A stretch of DNA of 64,000 nt from an uncultured Acidimicrobiia bacterium (lineage in GTDB: Bacteria > Actinomycetota > Acidimicrobiia > Acidimicrobiales > CAZWPY01): the NCBI GenBank assembly GCA_964635475.1, contig CAZWPY010000002.1, forward strand, positions 17,293-81,292, read 5' to 3'. A model generated the notes under the pieces. The model was not told the DNA's origin. It did not search any database and saw only the letters and a list, made by a program, of their open reading frames with translations. Made by a program: the position numbers and the translations under genes. Below are positions 1 through 10,690 of this stretch, in pieces (the first letter of the stretch is position 1; each line of letters begins with the position of its first letter).

Positions 1-712
1 CCATGACCGGCATCGCGCTCATGTCGAAGGTCATCCGATCGGGCGCCACAACCTCACCGTGGTGATGCATCATCGCGGGCGCGCCGACCTTGACAACCGC
101 GCTCGCCTCGATGGCGTGCCCGTCGGCCGACCAGGTCGAGTGATCGTTGGCCGACAGGACGGCGCGGATCGTGTGCTCACCCGGCTCGACCATCAAGTGG
201 ACCCACTCGCCATACGCACGCCCGACCTTGGTGCCGTCGACGTAGAGATGCACGTGACCTTCGCCCAGGGTCGAGTGTCGGTCGACTGACATCGGCGCAA
301 ATCGGAAGTTCGTCGTCATGAGGTGGAGGTTCACCCCACGGACGGGATCAGGCGTGGCGACGATCTTGAGCGAGGTCCCCGGAAGGGCCGGCGTCATTGC
401 GTCGTGGGCGGCATCATGGCCGGTGCTGTCGGCCGCATGGGTGTGCATGTCGGTCTGGTGGGCGGCCATGGTGGTTGTGGTGACCGACTTCTTCGCAGTC
501 GTCACTTTTTTCGCGGCCGGGGTGACCGCAACGGCCTTCGAGGTCGCTGGCTTAGCCGCTGGCTTTGCTGCAGGAGCAGCGGCCGCCGGCTTCACTGATG
601 TCGTGGTAGTGGAATGGGGCTCGTCGCCGTGCGCCCATGCGGGCGTACTGAAGGCAACGAGTCCTGCGAGGCACACGGCCGCGCTTTGACTAACGCGTCG
701 AAATGAGGTCAT
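1..712 (-). CDS. secreted His/Met-rich protein, putative metal-binding; 3' end lies outside the window
   Basis: Absent from the ORF track because there is no stop in the window. ATG at 712, and I checked the frame codon by codon as open down to position 2. N-terminus MTSFRRVSQSAAVCLAGLVAFSTPAWA/HGDE looks like a Sec signal peptide. It is followed by an Ala/Pro/Lys/Thr linker, the clusters HQTDMHTHAADSTGHDAAHDAM, GEGHVHLYVDG...PGEHT and MMHHHG. Confidence 0.6.
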   Translation of the reverse strand, partial: MTSFRRVSQSAAVCLAGLVAFSTPAWAHGDEPHSTTTTSVKPAAAAPAAKPAAKPATSKAVAVTPAAKKVTTAKKSVTTTTMAAHQTDMHTHAADSTGHDAAHDAMTPALPGTSLKIVATPDPVRGVNLHLMTTNFRFAPMSVDRHSTLGEGHVHLYVDGTKVGRAYGEWVHLMVEPGEHTIRAVLSANDHSTWSADGHAIEASAVVKVGAPAMMHHHGEVVAPDRMTFDMSAMPVM

Positions 713-721
713 ACGCGTTAC

Positions 722-1390
722 TTACCACTCGCCGGAGAGCGCCACAAAATCTTCTGCGGAGCCGATCGCTGATTGCACCTGCGCCGCTGCTGGTAAAGCA
801 AACCACAACGTGGCGCCGTACTTCACTCCTCGTGTGACAGGCGTCGAGCGATGCGGATGGGTGACCAGCGACGGCCACATCAACAACGTCCCGACGGGCA
901 GCGCCGAGTTGTCGAAGCCCTGTCGGGGGAACTCGAGTACGCCACCTTCGTAGTCGGCGTTGAGCTTCACCGATCCAGATATCTGCGCGACGTCATGGTG
1001 GAGCCGCAGCTCGTTATCGGAGTCCGCCGCATAACGGATCACGAAGCCATCGTGCAGGCCGTTGTACTCAGCTAGCGGCCACTGCGACGCGATCGCCGGA
1101 GCGACCGCCTCGGCCAAGTGCTGCTCGATCCGACCGGCGAGCACTTGGCTCAACACCGCGAAACTCAGTTCTTGGCCGGGGACAGGATCCTCGGGGTCAG
1201 ACGCCCACGCGTCGGCGGCGTCACACGCGGCAATCAGCGCCGCGCAGAATTCCGGCGTCCACAGTCGGACAGCGATCAGTTCGGCACCGACCTGCTCGAC
1301 CTCGGCCGGGGCCCGACCGTCACGATCGGCCCGACCATCACGATCGGCCCGAGCACCGCGATAGGCCAACAACAGCTCAAGCTCAGACAC
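722..1390 (-). CDS. 2OG-Fe(II) oxygenase, prolyl-4-hydroxylase-like
   Basis: ORF 722..1483. It has an HxD (LRLHHDVAQ) plus a distal His/Arg (THPHRSTPVTRGVKY) typical of the 2-oxoglutarate/Fe(II) dioxygenase fold. Start is uncertain: GTG 1483 would overlap the upstream Nudix gene by 67 nt, so the in-frame GTG at 1390 is chosen. Confidence 0.65.
   Translation of the reverse strand: MSELELLLAYRGARADRDGRADRDGRAPAEVEQVGAELIAVRLWTPEFCAALIAACDAADAWASDPEDPVPGQELSFAVLSQVLAGRIEQHLAEAVAPAIASQWPLAEYNGLHDGFVIRYAADSDNELRLHHDVAQISGSVKLNADYEGGVLEFPRQGFDNSALPVGTLLMWPSLVTHPHRSTPVTRGVKYGATLWFALPAAAQVQSAIGSAEDFVALSGEW
1311..1355. repeat. 18-bp in-frame tandem repeat (2 copies plus a partial third)
   Basis: ggcccgaccgtcacgatc / ggcccgaccatcacgatc / ggcccgagc. 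It encodes RADRDGRADRDGRA on the minus strand near the oxygenase N-terminus. Confidence 0.85.
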
Positions 1391-1416
1391 GGGCGTGAGT
1401 CCAGCACACCCGGTGG

Positions 1417-2148
1417 CTACTGAGGACCAGGACCAAACGTGAGGTCGAGAAGCTGGCGGACCATACGACCGGTCGCTCCCCACACGGTTTCGTCATCGAG
1501 GTAGAACGCGGTCATCACGATCTGACCGTGCGGTCCAAGGTTCCAGTGAACACTGCGCACGACGTCGGGTCCGCTCAACTCGACCAACGAGACGTCGAAG
1601 ATCCGCGCGATCTCTCCAGGACTCGGCTCAAGCGCGTGAACGCCGTCGCTCAGGCCGTCCACCCGCGCAACCACCGGCGTGATCACGTGCCGCGTGACGA
1701 ACGTCGCGAGCCTGTCCAACTCGCCCACCACCTCGACGGTCGCGGGATCAAGCGCGACTTCCTCGTGCGCCTCGCGCAGCGCCGCAGCGTGCAACGTCTC
1801 CCCCGGATCGACAGCCCCGCCGGGAAACGCGATCTCCCCTGCGTGCGCGCCCATGTCGCTCGCTCGACGCGTGAGGAGCAGCCGAGCGCTCGGGTCGGAA
1901 CTTGTCGACAAGGGTGCAAGCACAGGGACCAGCACCGCCGCCTCGCGCGGCGCCTCGGGCTTTGCCGCCGCATCGAGGGCTCGGCGACCAGCAACGGCCG
2001 CGAGCACCCGCTCGGGAGTGAGGAACTCGGCGCGGTGTTCTGCGGGCAGCGCCGTCCACCACGGCAGCTCGGCCGGTCGCGCCCCGGGCACGTTGGGAAT
2101 GATCTGGGATCCGCCGGGCCGGCGCGCCACGTGATCCTGCGGGTCCAT
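1417..2148 (-). CDS. Nudix hydrolase, CoA pyrophosphatase-like
   Basis: Nudix box GEIAFPGGAVDPGETLHAAALREAHEEVAL, preceded by LLLTRRASDMGAHAGE, which resembles the CoA-pyrophosphatase (NudL-type) signature. The start may be internal. Confidence 0.75.
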   Translation of the reverse strand: MDPQDHVARRPGGSQIIPNVPGARPAELPWWTALPAEHRAEFLTPERVLAAVAGRRALDAAAKPEAPREAAVLVPVLAPLSTSSDPSARLLLTRRASDMGAHAGEIAFPGGAVDPGETLHAAALREAHEEVALDPATVEVVGELDRLATFVTRHVITPVVARVDGLSDGVHALEPSPGEIARIFDVSLVELSGPDVVRSVHWNLGPHGQIVMTAFYLDDETVWGATGRMVRQLLDLTFGPGPQ

Positions 2149-2215
2149 CTCGGTCTATCCTCGCAGAGCCCGAGCGGCGTCTGCGTCACGATCAGCCTTC
2201 GATAGCGTCGAGCCT

Positions 2216-2788
2216 GTGGGCAACGCAGCAGAACTCCGGTCACAACTCGTCACGATCTTGCGGGCGAAAGCTGTGCGGCGCTTGCCTGAGCCCGTGCAAC
2301 TCGCCTCGGGACAGATGTCGTCGGACTTCGTCGACGGCAAGGAGGGCCTCGCCTCCTGGCGGGATCTGGCCCTCGCCGGCCACGCAATTGCGGCAACCTT
2401 CGCCGAGGCCGGGATCTCCTTCAACGCCGTCGGAGGGTTAACCCTCGGCGCGGATGCGCTGGCAATCGCCGTGGCCGCAGCCGCCGACTGCAACTGGTTC
2501 TTTGTCCGTAAGGAAGCAAAGGGGCGTGGCACCGGCCGACAGATCGAAGGGACGCAACTCAACACGTCGCATCGTGTGTTGCTCGTTGACGACGCCGTCA
2601 CGTCTGGCGGCTCGATTCTGCAAGCTCACGAGCTGGTCGTGCCGAGCGGCGCGGCCATCGTCGGAGCGTCAACCCTGATCGACCGCAGCGACGTGGCGGC
2701 GGGGAAATTTGCCGCCCTCGGTGTGCCCTATTTCCCCATGGCGACCTACGGCGATCTCGGCATCGACCCGGTGATCTTCGGCGGCTGA
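2216..2788 (+). CDS. pyrE: orotate phosphoribosyltransferase-like (type I PRTase)
   Basis: GTG start. PRPP-binding loop VLLVDDAVTSGGS, AVGGLTLGADALA and FFVRKEAKGRGTGRQIEG match the OPRT layout, and the 190-aa length fits. Confidence 0.7.
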   Translation: MGNAAELRSQLVTILRAKAVRRLPEPVQLASGQMSSDFVDGKEGLASWRDLALAGHAIAATFAEAGISFNAVGGLTLGADALAIAVAAAADCNWFFVRKEAKGRGTGRQIEGTQLNTSHRVLLVDDAVTSGGSILQAHELVVPSGAAIVGASTLIDRSDVAAGKFAALGVPYFPMATYGDLGIDPVIFGG

Positions 2789-2822
2789 AAGCCGAGTAAA
2801 CCGCCGCGTCCCGGACGCGAAT

Positions 2823-2854
2823 CGAGGCGCCACACCCGAAAGTGCGACGCCTCG
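2823..2854. terminator. hairpin between convergent pyrE-like and groEL genes
   Basis: cgaggcg...cgcctcg 7-bp stem with an inner cac/gtg pairing, followed by ttcgtt on the plus strand. It sits in the 96-nt convergent gap. Confidence 0.4.
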
Positions 2855-2884
2855 TTCGTTGGGTTGGGCTTACTTACACACCAA

Positions 2885-4812
<1,928 letters not shown>

Positions 4813-4827
4813 TGTGGATTGCCTCCG

Positions 4828-4854
4828 TTAGCACTCGAACTTCGGGAGTGCTAA
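4828..4854. promoter_or_regulatory. CIRCE operator (HrcA binding site)
   Basis: ttagcactc-gaacttcgg-gagtgctaa is a perfect match to the consensus TTAGCACTC-N9-GAGTGCTAA. It lies 16 nt upstream of the groES ATG. Confidence 0.92.
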
Positions 4855-4884
4855 CTGTAGCGCGCTCGTCCGCCGTTTTGGCAA
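4854..4884 (-). promoter_or_regulatory. candidate groES promoter (-35 TTGCCA, -10 TACAGT)
   Basis: On the minus strand, ttgcca-N19-tacagt abuts the CIRCE element. The spacing is slightly long, so this is only a candidate. Confidence 0.3.
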
Positions 4885-4946
4885 TCGCGCCCCGAGAGTG
4901 CCAACACCGGTGCTCACACCGTCGGTGCGGACTTCGGCGCCCGCAA

Positions 4947-5948
4947 CTAGCTCGGGAAACGCCAGTTCGGGTTGGCGCCGCCGCTGAGCTGAGTCGGGCC
5001 CTCGCGCTGCAACACCCACCAGGCCGCTGCGCCCACCATCGCCGCGTTGTCGGTACACATCGCGCGGCTCGGCAGGTACACGTCGAGGCCCGCTGCTCGG
5101 CCGGCGGCGGCAAGGCCGGTGCGCAGGCCGGAGTTGGCTGCGACGCCGCCGGTCAACACGACGCGATTGACGCCCGCCGACTGTGCCGCAGCGATCGCCT
5201 TTTCAACAAGAACGTCGACGACGGCCGCTTGGAAGGACGCCGCGACGTCGGCCATCGACATCTCGGGATTCTTACGAACGTGAGTGATGACCGCGGTCTT
5301 CAAGCCTGAGAACGAGAAATCGAAGCCCTCGCCGCGCAGCGCTCGCGGAAATCGCACTGCGGTCGGGTCGCCCTCGTTGGCCAATCGGTCAATCACCGGT
5401 CCGCCGGGGTAACCCAAACCACAAAAGCGCGCGACCTTGTCGAAGGCTTCGCCGGCCGCGTCGTCGATCGTTGCGCCGAGCAGTTCGTAGTTGCCGTGGC
5501 CACGCATCACCACCAATTGCGTGTGGCCACCCGACACCAACAACACAAGCAACGGCGGCTCCAACGCCGGATTCTCAAGGAAACTCGCGTAGGCGTGCGC
5601 CTCTAGGTGATTCACCGCCACGTACGGCTTGTTCCACGAATAGGCCAAAGCTTTGGCAGCGGCGACGCCAACCAACAGCGCACCGATCAGGCCGGGCCCA
5701 GCGGTCGCGGCTATCGCATCGAGCTGTGCAGGCTCGATCTGCGCCTGTTCCAGCGCGTCAGAGATCATCGGCGTTATGAGCTCGACGTGCGCGCGACTCG
5801 CAACCTCGGGAACCACGCCACCAAACGGCGCGTGCAGGGCAATCTGTGAGGAGACAAGCGACACCAACTGCTCGCGGCCGCGACGAACGAGCGCGACCGC
5901 CGTTTCGTCACACGACGACTCAATGGCGAGGATGACGCCGCTACTCAT
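4947..5948 (-). CDS. tsaD: tRNA N6-adenosine threonylcarbamoyltransferase TsaD
   Basis: MSSGVILAIESSCDETAVALV...APFGGVVPEVASRAH. ATG 5948 is chosen (ORF extends to 6017) and overlaps the rimI stop by 8 nt. Confidence 0.93.
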   Translation of the reverse strand: MSSGVILAIESSCDETAVALVRRGREQLVSLVSSQIALHAPFGGVVPEVASRAHVELITPMISDALEQAQIEPAQLDAIAATAGPGLIGALLVGVAAAKALAYSWNKPYVAVNHLEAHAYASFLENPALEPPLLVLLVSGGHTQLVVMRGHGNYELLGATIDDAAGEAFDKVARFCGLGYPGGPVIDRLANEGDPTAVRFPRALRGEGFDFSFSGLKTAVITHVRKNPEMSMADVAASFQAAVVDVLVEKAIAAAQSAGVNRVVLTGGVAANSGLRTGLAAAGRAAGLDVYLPSRAMCTDNAAMVGAAAWWVLQREGPTQLSGGANPNWRFPS

Positions 5949-6528
5949 CGGAACCAGCTTTGCAACCAGGTGATGATCCGAGTCGCGCCAGGCGCTCGTC
6001 CATATCAACCCCGGCAATGTCGTGGACCCACATGATCACCGCATCCTCGGCGGGCGCGGGCGACGTGTAATAGCGCGGCCGAATGCCGACCGGACCGAAA
6101 CCGAAGCGTCGGTACAACTCCTGCGCGCCCGAGTTGGACACACGAACCTCCAACGTCATCGCCTGCGCGCCACGGCGACGCGCTGCGCGCACCAACTCCA
6201 CCACCAGGGCTGCCGCGATCCCTTCCCGGCGACGGTCGGGGCGTACACCAACGGTGGTGAGGTGCGTCTCATCCAACACGGTGAACACGCCGGCGTAACC
6301 GACCACGTCGCTGCCCGCGCCGCTGCCCGCTTCGACGGCTGCCACGTCGACCGCCACGTCGACCGCCACGTCGACCGCCACGTCGACCGCCACGAAATAG
6401 TCACGGTCGGCACCGGCCAACTCGTCGCGAAACACCCTCTTGCTCCACGGCTGCTCGTGGATAACCCGCTCGATCTCGCTCACCTGTTCGATGTCGCCAC
6501 GAACCATCGGCCGCACGCGGAAACTCAC
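5941..6528 (-). CDS. rimI: ribosomal-protein-alanine N-acetyltransferase RimI (GNAT)
   Basis: GNAT core VRPDRRREGIAAALV...LEVRVSNSGAQELYRRFGF, plus its position between tsaB and tsaD. It contains the (VAVD)n repeat. Confidence 0.85.
   Translation of the reverse strand: MSFRVRPMVRGDIEQVSEIERVIHEQPWSKRVFRDELAGADRDYFVAVDVAVDVAVDVAVDVAAVEAGSGAGSDVVGYAGVFTVLDETHLTTVGVRPDRRREGIAAALVVELVRAARRRGAQAMTLEVRVSNSGAQELYRRFGFGPVGIRPRYYTSPAPAEDAVIMWVHDIAGVDMDERLARLGSSPGCKAGSDE
6341..6394. repeat. 12-bp in-frame tandem repeat, about 4.5 copies
   Basis: gccacgtcgacc x4 followed by gccacg. It encodes VAVDVAVDVAVDVAVDVA inside rimI (minus strand). Confidence 0.95.
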
Positions 6529-7259
6529 GGGTTGTGCCTCGTACGGAAGTTCGCGACGGCGTCGGCTTCACGTCCGTAAAGCGGGCGCACCGCGCGCGGA
6601 TCACGCAACTCACGAGGACTGGTCTGTAGCCGCGTGTGGGCGAGCTGCGCGAGCGCCGCTGCATCAGGGAACAAGCGATCCGGCCCGCCGTCGACCCATA
6701 CGATGCCAGCGCCACTCGCGGCAGCGGCGTCTCGCAGCGGCCCGACCCCGTCGCCCACCACGACACGGGCGACTCGTTCAGCTAACAGCCGCAACGCATC
6801 GTCGAGTGCAACGACTGCAAAAGCGGGCTCCAGCTCAGCCGAGTCACGGCGCGCAGGCGCGAGGAACACGTCGCCCCGACGGCCATCAACGGCGATCCAC
6901 ACGTCGGTTTCGGTTGGGTCGACCGTGGCGCGTAATACGTCGATCGAGCTGGCCGCGACAACGCCCAAACCCCGCGTCAACGCCAGCGAGGCGGCCGTAA
7001 CCACCCCGACCCGGATTCCGGTAAACAACCCGGGCCCAATATCGACAGCCATCGCAGTCAGCTCGTCGAGCCCGCGGCCCGCCGAGGTGAGGACTTCGTC
7101 GACGAGGGGAATCAAGTCCTCGACATGGCGACGTTCGCGCCGGAGTTGCCGTGTGCCGACCACCATCCCGTCGAGCGCCAGTGCAACACTCACCGCGGGC
7201 GTCGAGGTCGACAGCGCCAACACCACCTCGGTAGTGAAGTTCGTAGTCCCCGCCGTCAC
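6525..7259 (-). CDS. tsaB: tRNA threonylcarbamoyladenosine biosynthesis protein TsaB
   Basis: VVLALSTSTPAVSVALA...AVDIGPGLFTGIRVGVVTAASLA. It has 4-nt overlaps with both tsaE and rimI. Confidence 0.85.
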   Translation of the reverse strand: MTAGTTNFTTEVVLALSTSTPAVSVALALDGMVVGTRQLRRERRHVEDLIPLVDEVLTSAGRGLDELTAMAVDIGPGLFTGIRVGVVTAASLALTRGLGVVAASSIDVLRATVDPTETDVWIAVDGRRGDVFLAPARRDSAELEPAFAVVALDDALRLLAERVARVVVGDGVGPLRDAAAASGAGIVWVDGGPDRLFPDAAALAQLAHTRLQTSPRELRDPRAVRPLYGREADAVANFRTRHNP

Positions 7260-7825
7260 GGTGCTACCTGCGCGCCGCCGACAGCGGTGAACTCCGCGGC
7301 AATCCGCTCGACACGTTCGCTCGGACCCCAGATCGCCACGCGCCGCCGCAGCTCGCCATCGAGCTGGTCGGGGCCCTCGTCGATGCCGGGTTCGGTCCCC
7401 TCATCAATGCGTGACAGTTGGAGCCACAGTGCGCCTTTTGGAACGAGTTCGACGATGCGCTCGGGCCACTCACAAACCACCAGCGCCATCGGGTCAACCA
7501 GTAGTTCTGCCAACCCGCGTTCCTCGGCCTCATGGGCTGCGTCCAGCCGGTAGGCGTCGACGTGACGCACCACTGTCGAGCCCGCCGCGTACTCGTTGAT
7601 CAACGCAAACGTCGGGCTCGTGACCCTTTCTGCCGAGCCCATCGCCCTGACGAGCTCACGGACGAACTGGGTTTTGCCCGCGCCCAACTCGCCACTGAGC
7701 GCCACAAAGTCGCCGGCTGCGACACAGCTGCTGACCAGGTGCGCGAGCCGCCGAGTGTCATCAAGGTCAGCGAGCAAGAACTCTTTCCGACTCGCATTCA
7801 CACCAACACCGTACAAAACGGCCAC
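7256..7825 (-). CDS. tsaE: tRNA t6A ATPase TsaE
   Basis: Walker A SGELGAGKTQFVR, then SPTFALINEY and HVDAYRL. It has a C-terminal extension of roughly 40 aa. Confidence 0.85.
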   Translation of the reverse strand: MAVLYGVGVNASRKEFLLADLDDTRRLAHLVSSCVAAGDFVALSGELGAGKTQFVRELVRAMGSAERVTSPTFALINEYAAGSTVVRHVDAYRLDAAHEAEERGLAELLVDPMALVVCEWPERIVELVPKGALWLQLSRIDEGTEPGIDEGPDQLDGELRRRVAIWGPSERVERIAAEFTAVGGAQVAP

Positions 7826-7853
7826 TCCACAGCGACCACGGGGGCCAGCGGGG

Positions 7854-8423
7854 CTACTCCCCGCGGGCGGCCGTTAGGTGTTGACCTGCGAGGACGAAGT
7901 CGGCTCGGAACTCGCCGATAAGCCGTGTGCCATTACGCAACACCGCCGCCGGGTGGTACGTCGGGATCAACACGCCAGCGCGAAACGGGTGTGCGCGACC
8001 GCGCAGTTTGGTGATCCCCTCGGCGGTCTGCAGCAAGGTGCGGGTCGCAAAGTTGCCGAGCGTCACCACAACCGCCGGGGCGATCGCGTCGAGTTGCCCC
8101 GCCAGAAAGGGCGCGCACGCGTCGATCTCCTCTGGTGCTGGATCACGGTTTCCCGGCGGACGGCACTTGACGACGTTCGCGATGTAGCAGTCGCGTGCTC
8201 GGTCAAAGCCCAACTCCTCGGCCAATACTCGGTCGAGCAGTTGCCCCGAACGGCCGACAAACGGTAGGCCCTGCTTGTCCTCCTCGGCGCCTGGTCCTTC
8301 GCCGACAATCACAAATCGTGACTCAGGCGCACCCATCCCAAACACCACGTTTGTGCGTGTGGCCGCCAACGCACACGCTGTGCACCCGGCCGCCGACGCA
8401 GCCAGGACCTCAAGGTCACCCAC
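7854..8423 (-). CDS. uracil-DNA glycosylase, family 4
   Basis: GCTACALAATRTNVVFGMGAPESRFVIVGEGPGAEEDKQGLPFVGRSGQLL...VKCRPPGNRDP. The ORF extends to 8648, but that would overlap the upstream lipase gene, so GTG 8423 is chosen. Confidence 0.8.
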   Translation of the reverse strand: MGDLEVLAASAAGCTACALAATRTNVVFGMGAPESRFVIVGEGPGAEEDKQGLPFVGRSGQLLDRVLAEELGFDRARDCYIANVVKCRPPGNRDPAPEEIDACAPFLAGQLDAIAPAVVVTLGNFATRTLLQTAEGITKLRGRAHPFRAGVLIPTYHPAAVLRNGTRLIGEFRADFVLAGQHLTAARGE

Positions 8424-8469
8424 GGACGAAGCGTACGTGGCTACGGCGCGGCCGACCGAGCGCTCACCA

Positions 8470-9669
8470 CTACGCCGATGGCGAACTAGGGGCACCGCAC
8501 GGATCGACAAACCCCGCGGCACCGGCTGCGTCGCCGGCCACGAGTGACTCAAGCGATTGCCCAAACGCCCCCGCGGCCGGTCCATGGCCACCTGGCACCG
8601 AACGCAGCCGCAGCTCCAGGGTGGACCGCGAACAGACAGTCGACACAAATCGCTGGGCCGACTCTTGCCCGAAAAACACGTCGTCAGCCCCCGAAATCAG
8701 CCACACCTTGCCGTCGGGTTCGAGAGCAAATCGCGACTCGTGATCAACCAGTTCACCAAACCGTATGGCCTGGTCGCTCGACATATGTACTTTTGGTGAT
8801 AATTCCGGTCGTTGACAATCCGTGCTCGCCACGCGGTCGAGCCAGCCCAGAGACTCTGGGTCCAGCAGCGTTGCCGGATCCACGGAGTACGACTCCGCCA
8901 GCCCAGAGATCACGCGGACGACGGAGGGGTCGCCAGGTCCGAGCAACTCGACCATGAATTCGACGAGCGACCCGTCGGACTGATCGCCAGAGGCCAGCGC
9001 GGCCACAGTCAGGTAAACGTCGACCCATGGTGCCCCAGCAACGAAACCCGCAACTGGCAGATCAGGCCGGTACTCCTGCCAAAGGCTCGACGCGCCCAGG
9101 GCAGCACGACCGCCCTCCGAGAAGCCACCAATCCATAAGGACTGCGCCCGATAGGTGCGACGCACGTAGTCGGCCACATCGAGTAACGACCTGCCCAGCG
9201 CCGACGCCACCATGTAGGGCTCGCGTCCACTGGTCCCTACGCCGGGATAGTCCACTAATGCAACCGTCACGCCCGCCTCGACCAGACGGCGAAGTGTTGG
9301 GTTCAGGCTATTGAGCGACGGCGCGCACAGGTCAGCTGGCTCCACAGTGGGATGCCCGTATACGAGCGCCGTACCGTTCGGCCGATCAGGCTCAAGGATC
9401 AACGCAACCGTGACCGCGGCTCGGCCTAGGGACGTCGTTGTGCCAATTAGGCCCCGCCTGCCCGTGAAGCCGGAGCCGCGATAGGTACCAACCTCACGGA
9501 TCAACTCGCCCGGCTGGGACCGCAGATCGTCTCCGGTAACAGCGACTACCCCGCCAAGCCGACCGCGGTCCGAACTCGCACAACCGCCAAACAACAAACC
9601 CGCAATGACAGCGACCGACAGGCCTATTGCTTCGCGCGTCGACCGGCGCTCAAGCTCCCGGGCCCTCAC
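8470..9669 (-). CDS. secreted/lipoprotein lipase-like alpha/beta hydrolase
   Basis: N-terminal hydrophobic segment ending LLFGGCASS (lipobox-like) and nucleophile elbow GGFSEGG. The overall layout resembles secretory-lipase-type hydrolases. Confidence 0.6.
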   Translation of the reverse strand: MRARELERRSTREAIGLSVAVIAGLLFGGCASSDRGRLGGVVAVTGDDLRSQPGELIREVGTYRGSGFTGRRGLIGTTTSLGRAAVTVALILEPDRPNGTALVYGHPTVEPADLCAPSLNSLNPTLRRLVEAGVTVALVDYPGVGTSGREPYMVASALGRSLLDVADYVRRTYRAQSLWIGGFSEGGRAALGASSLWQEYRPDLPVAGFVAGAPWVDVYLTVAALASGDQSDGSLVEFMVELLGPGDPSVVRVISGLAESYSVDPATLLDPESLGWLDRVASTDCQRPELSPKVHMSSDQAIRFGELVDHESRFALEPDGKVWLISGADDVFFGQESAQRFVSTVCSRSTLELRLRSVPGGHGPAAGAFGQSLESLVAGDAAGAAGFVDPCGAPSSPSA

Positions 9670-10655
9670 CGCACGGGTACGCCGGCGAGGGAGTGCAAGA
9701 CCTCTGCTACACGCTCACGGCGTTCCAGCATCGGCATGTGTCCACAACCCGGCAATATCTCGAGCCGGGCGCCAACCAAGTGTTTGACCGACGTGTATGC
9801 CGCACCGACCGGGATGATGCGGTCGTTGGTCCCGTGCAACACGACGACGGGAAGCCCGCTCACTGAGTCGAGCGCCTCACGTCGGTCGTACTCAAGAATC
9901 GACGCCCCGAACTCCTGGGTCACGACCAACGACGCTGCACGCGACAAGGCCCGCGTCAGTTCTACGTCGTCTGCCTCCGGGTGTTTGCCAAACGCGATCT
10001 TGGCGACCATCAAGTACGACACGTCGTCGTCGAAATCGGGGAGCCCGCCGTGGGCATCAGCCCATCGCGCCAAGGGATCCAAGAGGTGGCCAATGTTTCC
10101 TACCGCCCGCGTCACCGGCGAATTGGTCGACGACGAGAACAACACCGCGCCACGAACCCGGGCGCGCCTCACCTCAGGGTGGCCGGCAAGGAACTCGCAC
10201 AACGCCATGCCGCCCATCGAATGCCCGACCACCACCGCGTCGCGCACGTCGAGGCGCTCGAGCACGTCGGCGACGTCGTTGCCCAACGCCTCGACCGAGT
10301 GACCTCTTTCGCCCGCAACGGACTCGCCGAATCCGCGCAAGTCGATCGCGATCACACGCAAGCTCGGGTCGAGGTCGGCAAACTGATTACGCCATACGTC
10401 ACGCGCGAGGGTGATTCCGTGCAACAAAACGACAGTCGTTGCGTCGACGGGGCCACGTTGGGTCCCGCGGATCGTGCCTCCATCGCGGGTCTCAACCTCG
10501 AAAGCCTCACCGTCGGCCGGCGGCCACGACCCCTGCGCGACACCGGGAAACTCCGCACCCCGACGGCGTAGCTGGCGGCCGGCAATCTTTGCGCCCGCCG
10601 CGGCGGCCAGTGCCGAGGCAACAGTTCCCAGGGCGACTTTCGTCACGGTCTTCAT
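9666..10655 (-). CDS. membrane-anchored alpha/beta hydrolase
   Basis: N-terminal TM segment VALGTVASALAAAAGAKIAG, HG oxyanion motif VVLLHGIT, GHSMGG elbow and C-terminal GCGHMPMLE. It overlaps the downstream hydrolase by 4 nt. Confidence 0.75.
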   Translation of the reverse strand: MKTVTKVALGTVASALAAAAGAKIAGRQLRRRGAEFPGVAQGSWPPADGEAFEVETRDGGTIRGTQRGPVDATTVVLLHGITLARDVWRNQFADLDPSLRVIAIDLRGFGESVAGERGHSVEALGNDVADVLERLDVRDAVVVGHSMGGMALCEFLAGHPEVRRARVRGAVLFSSSTNSPVTRAVGNIGHLLDPLARWADAHGGLPDFDDDVSYLMVAKIAFGKHPEADDVELTRALSRAASLVVTQEFGASILEYDRREALDSVSGLPVVVLHGTNDRIIPVGAAYTSVKHLVGARLEILPGCGHMPMLERRERVAEVLHSLAGVPVR

Positions 10656-10690
10656 GTCAGCTCATCTCCTGTGTTGTTGCTACCCACACG

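Noticed and set aside
318-689. Plus-strand ORFs 318..689 and 323..598.
   Set aside because: They are antisense to the open minus-strand frame (712 down to 1), which has a signal peptide and coherent motifs.
4886-4915. Possible second CIRCE-like element (gagagtgccaacaccggtgctcac) upstream of groES.
   Set aside because: The half-sites are not an inverted repeat of the CIRCE consensus; only caccggtg is palindromic.
6341-6394. CRISPR-like appearance of short perfect repeats here, at 11891-11938 and at 27247-27300.
   Set aside because: The units are 12-15 bp and directly adjacent, with no spacers, and two of the three are in frame within genes. They are simple tandem repeats, not CRISPR arrays.
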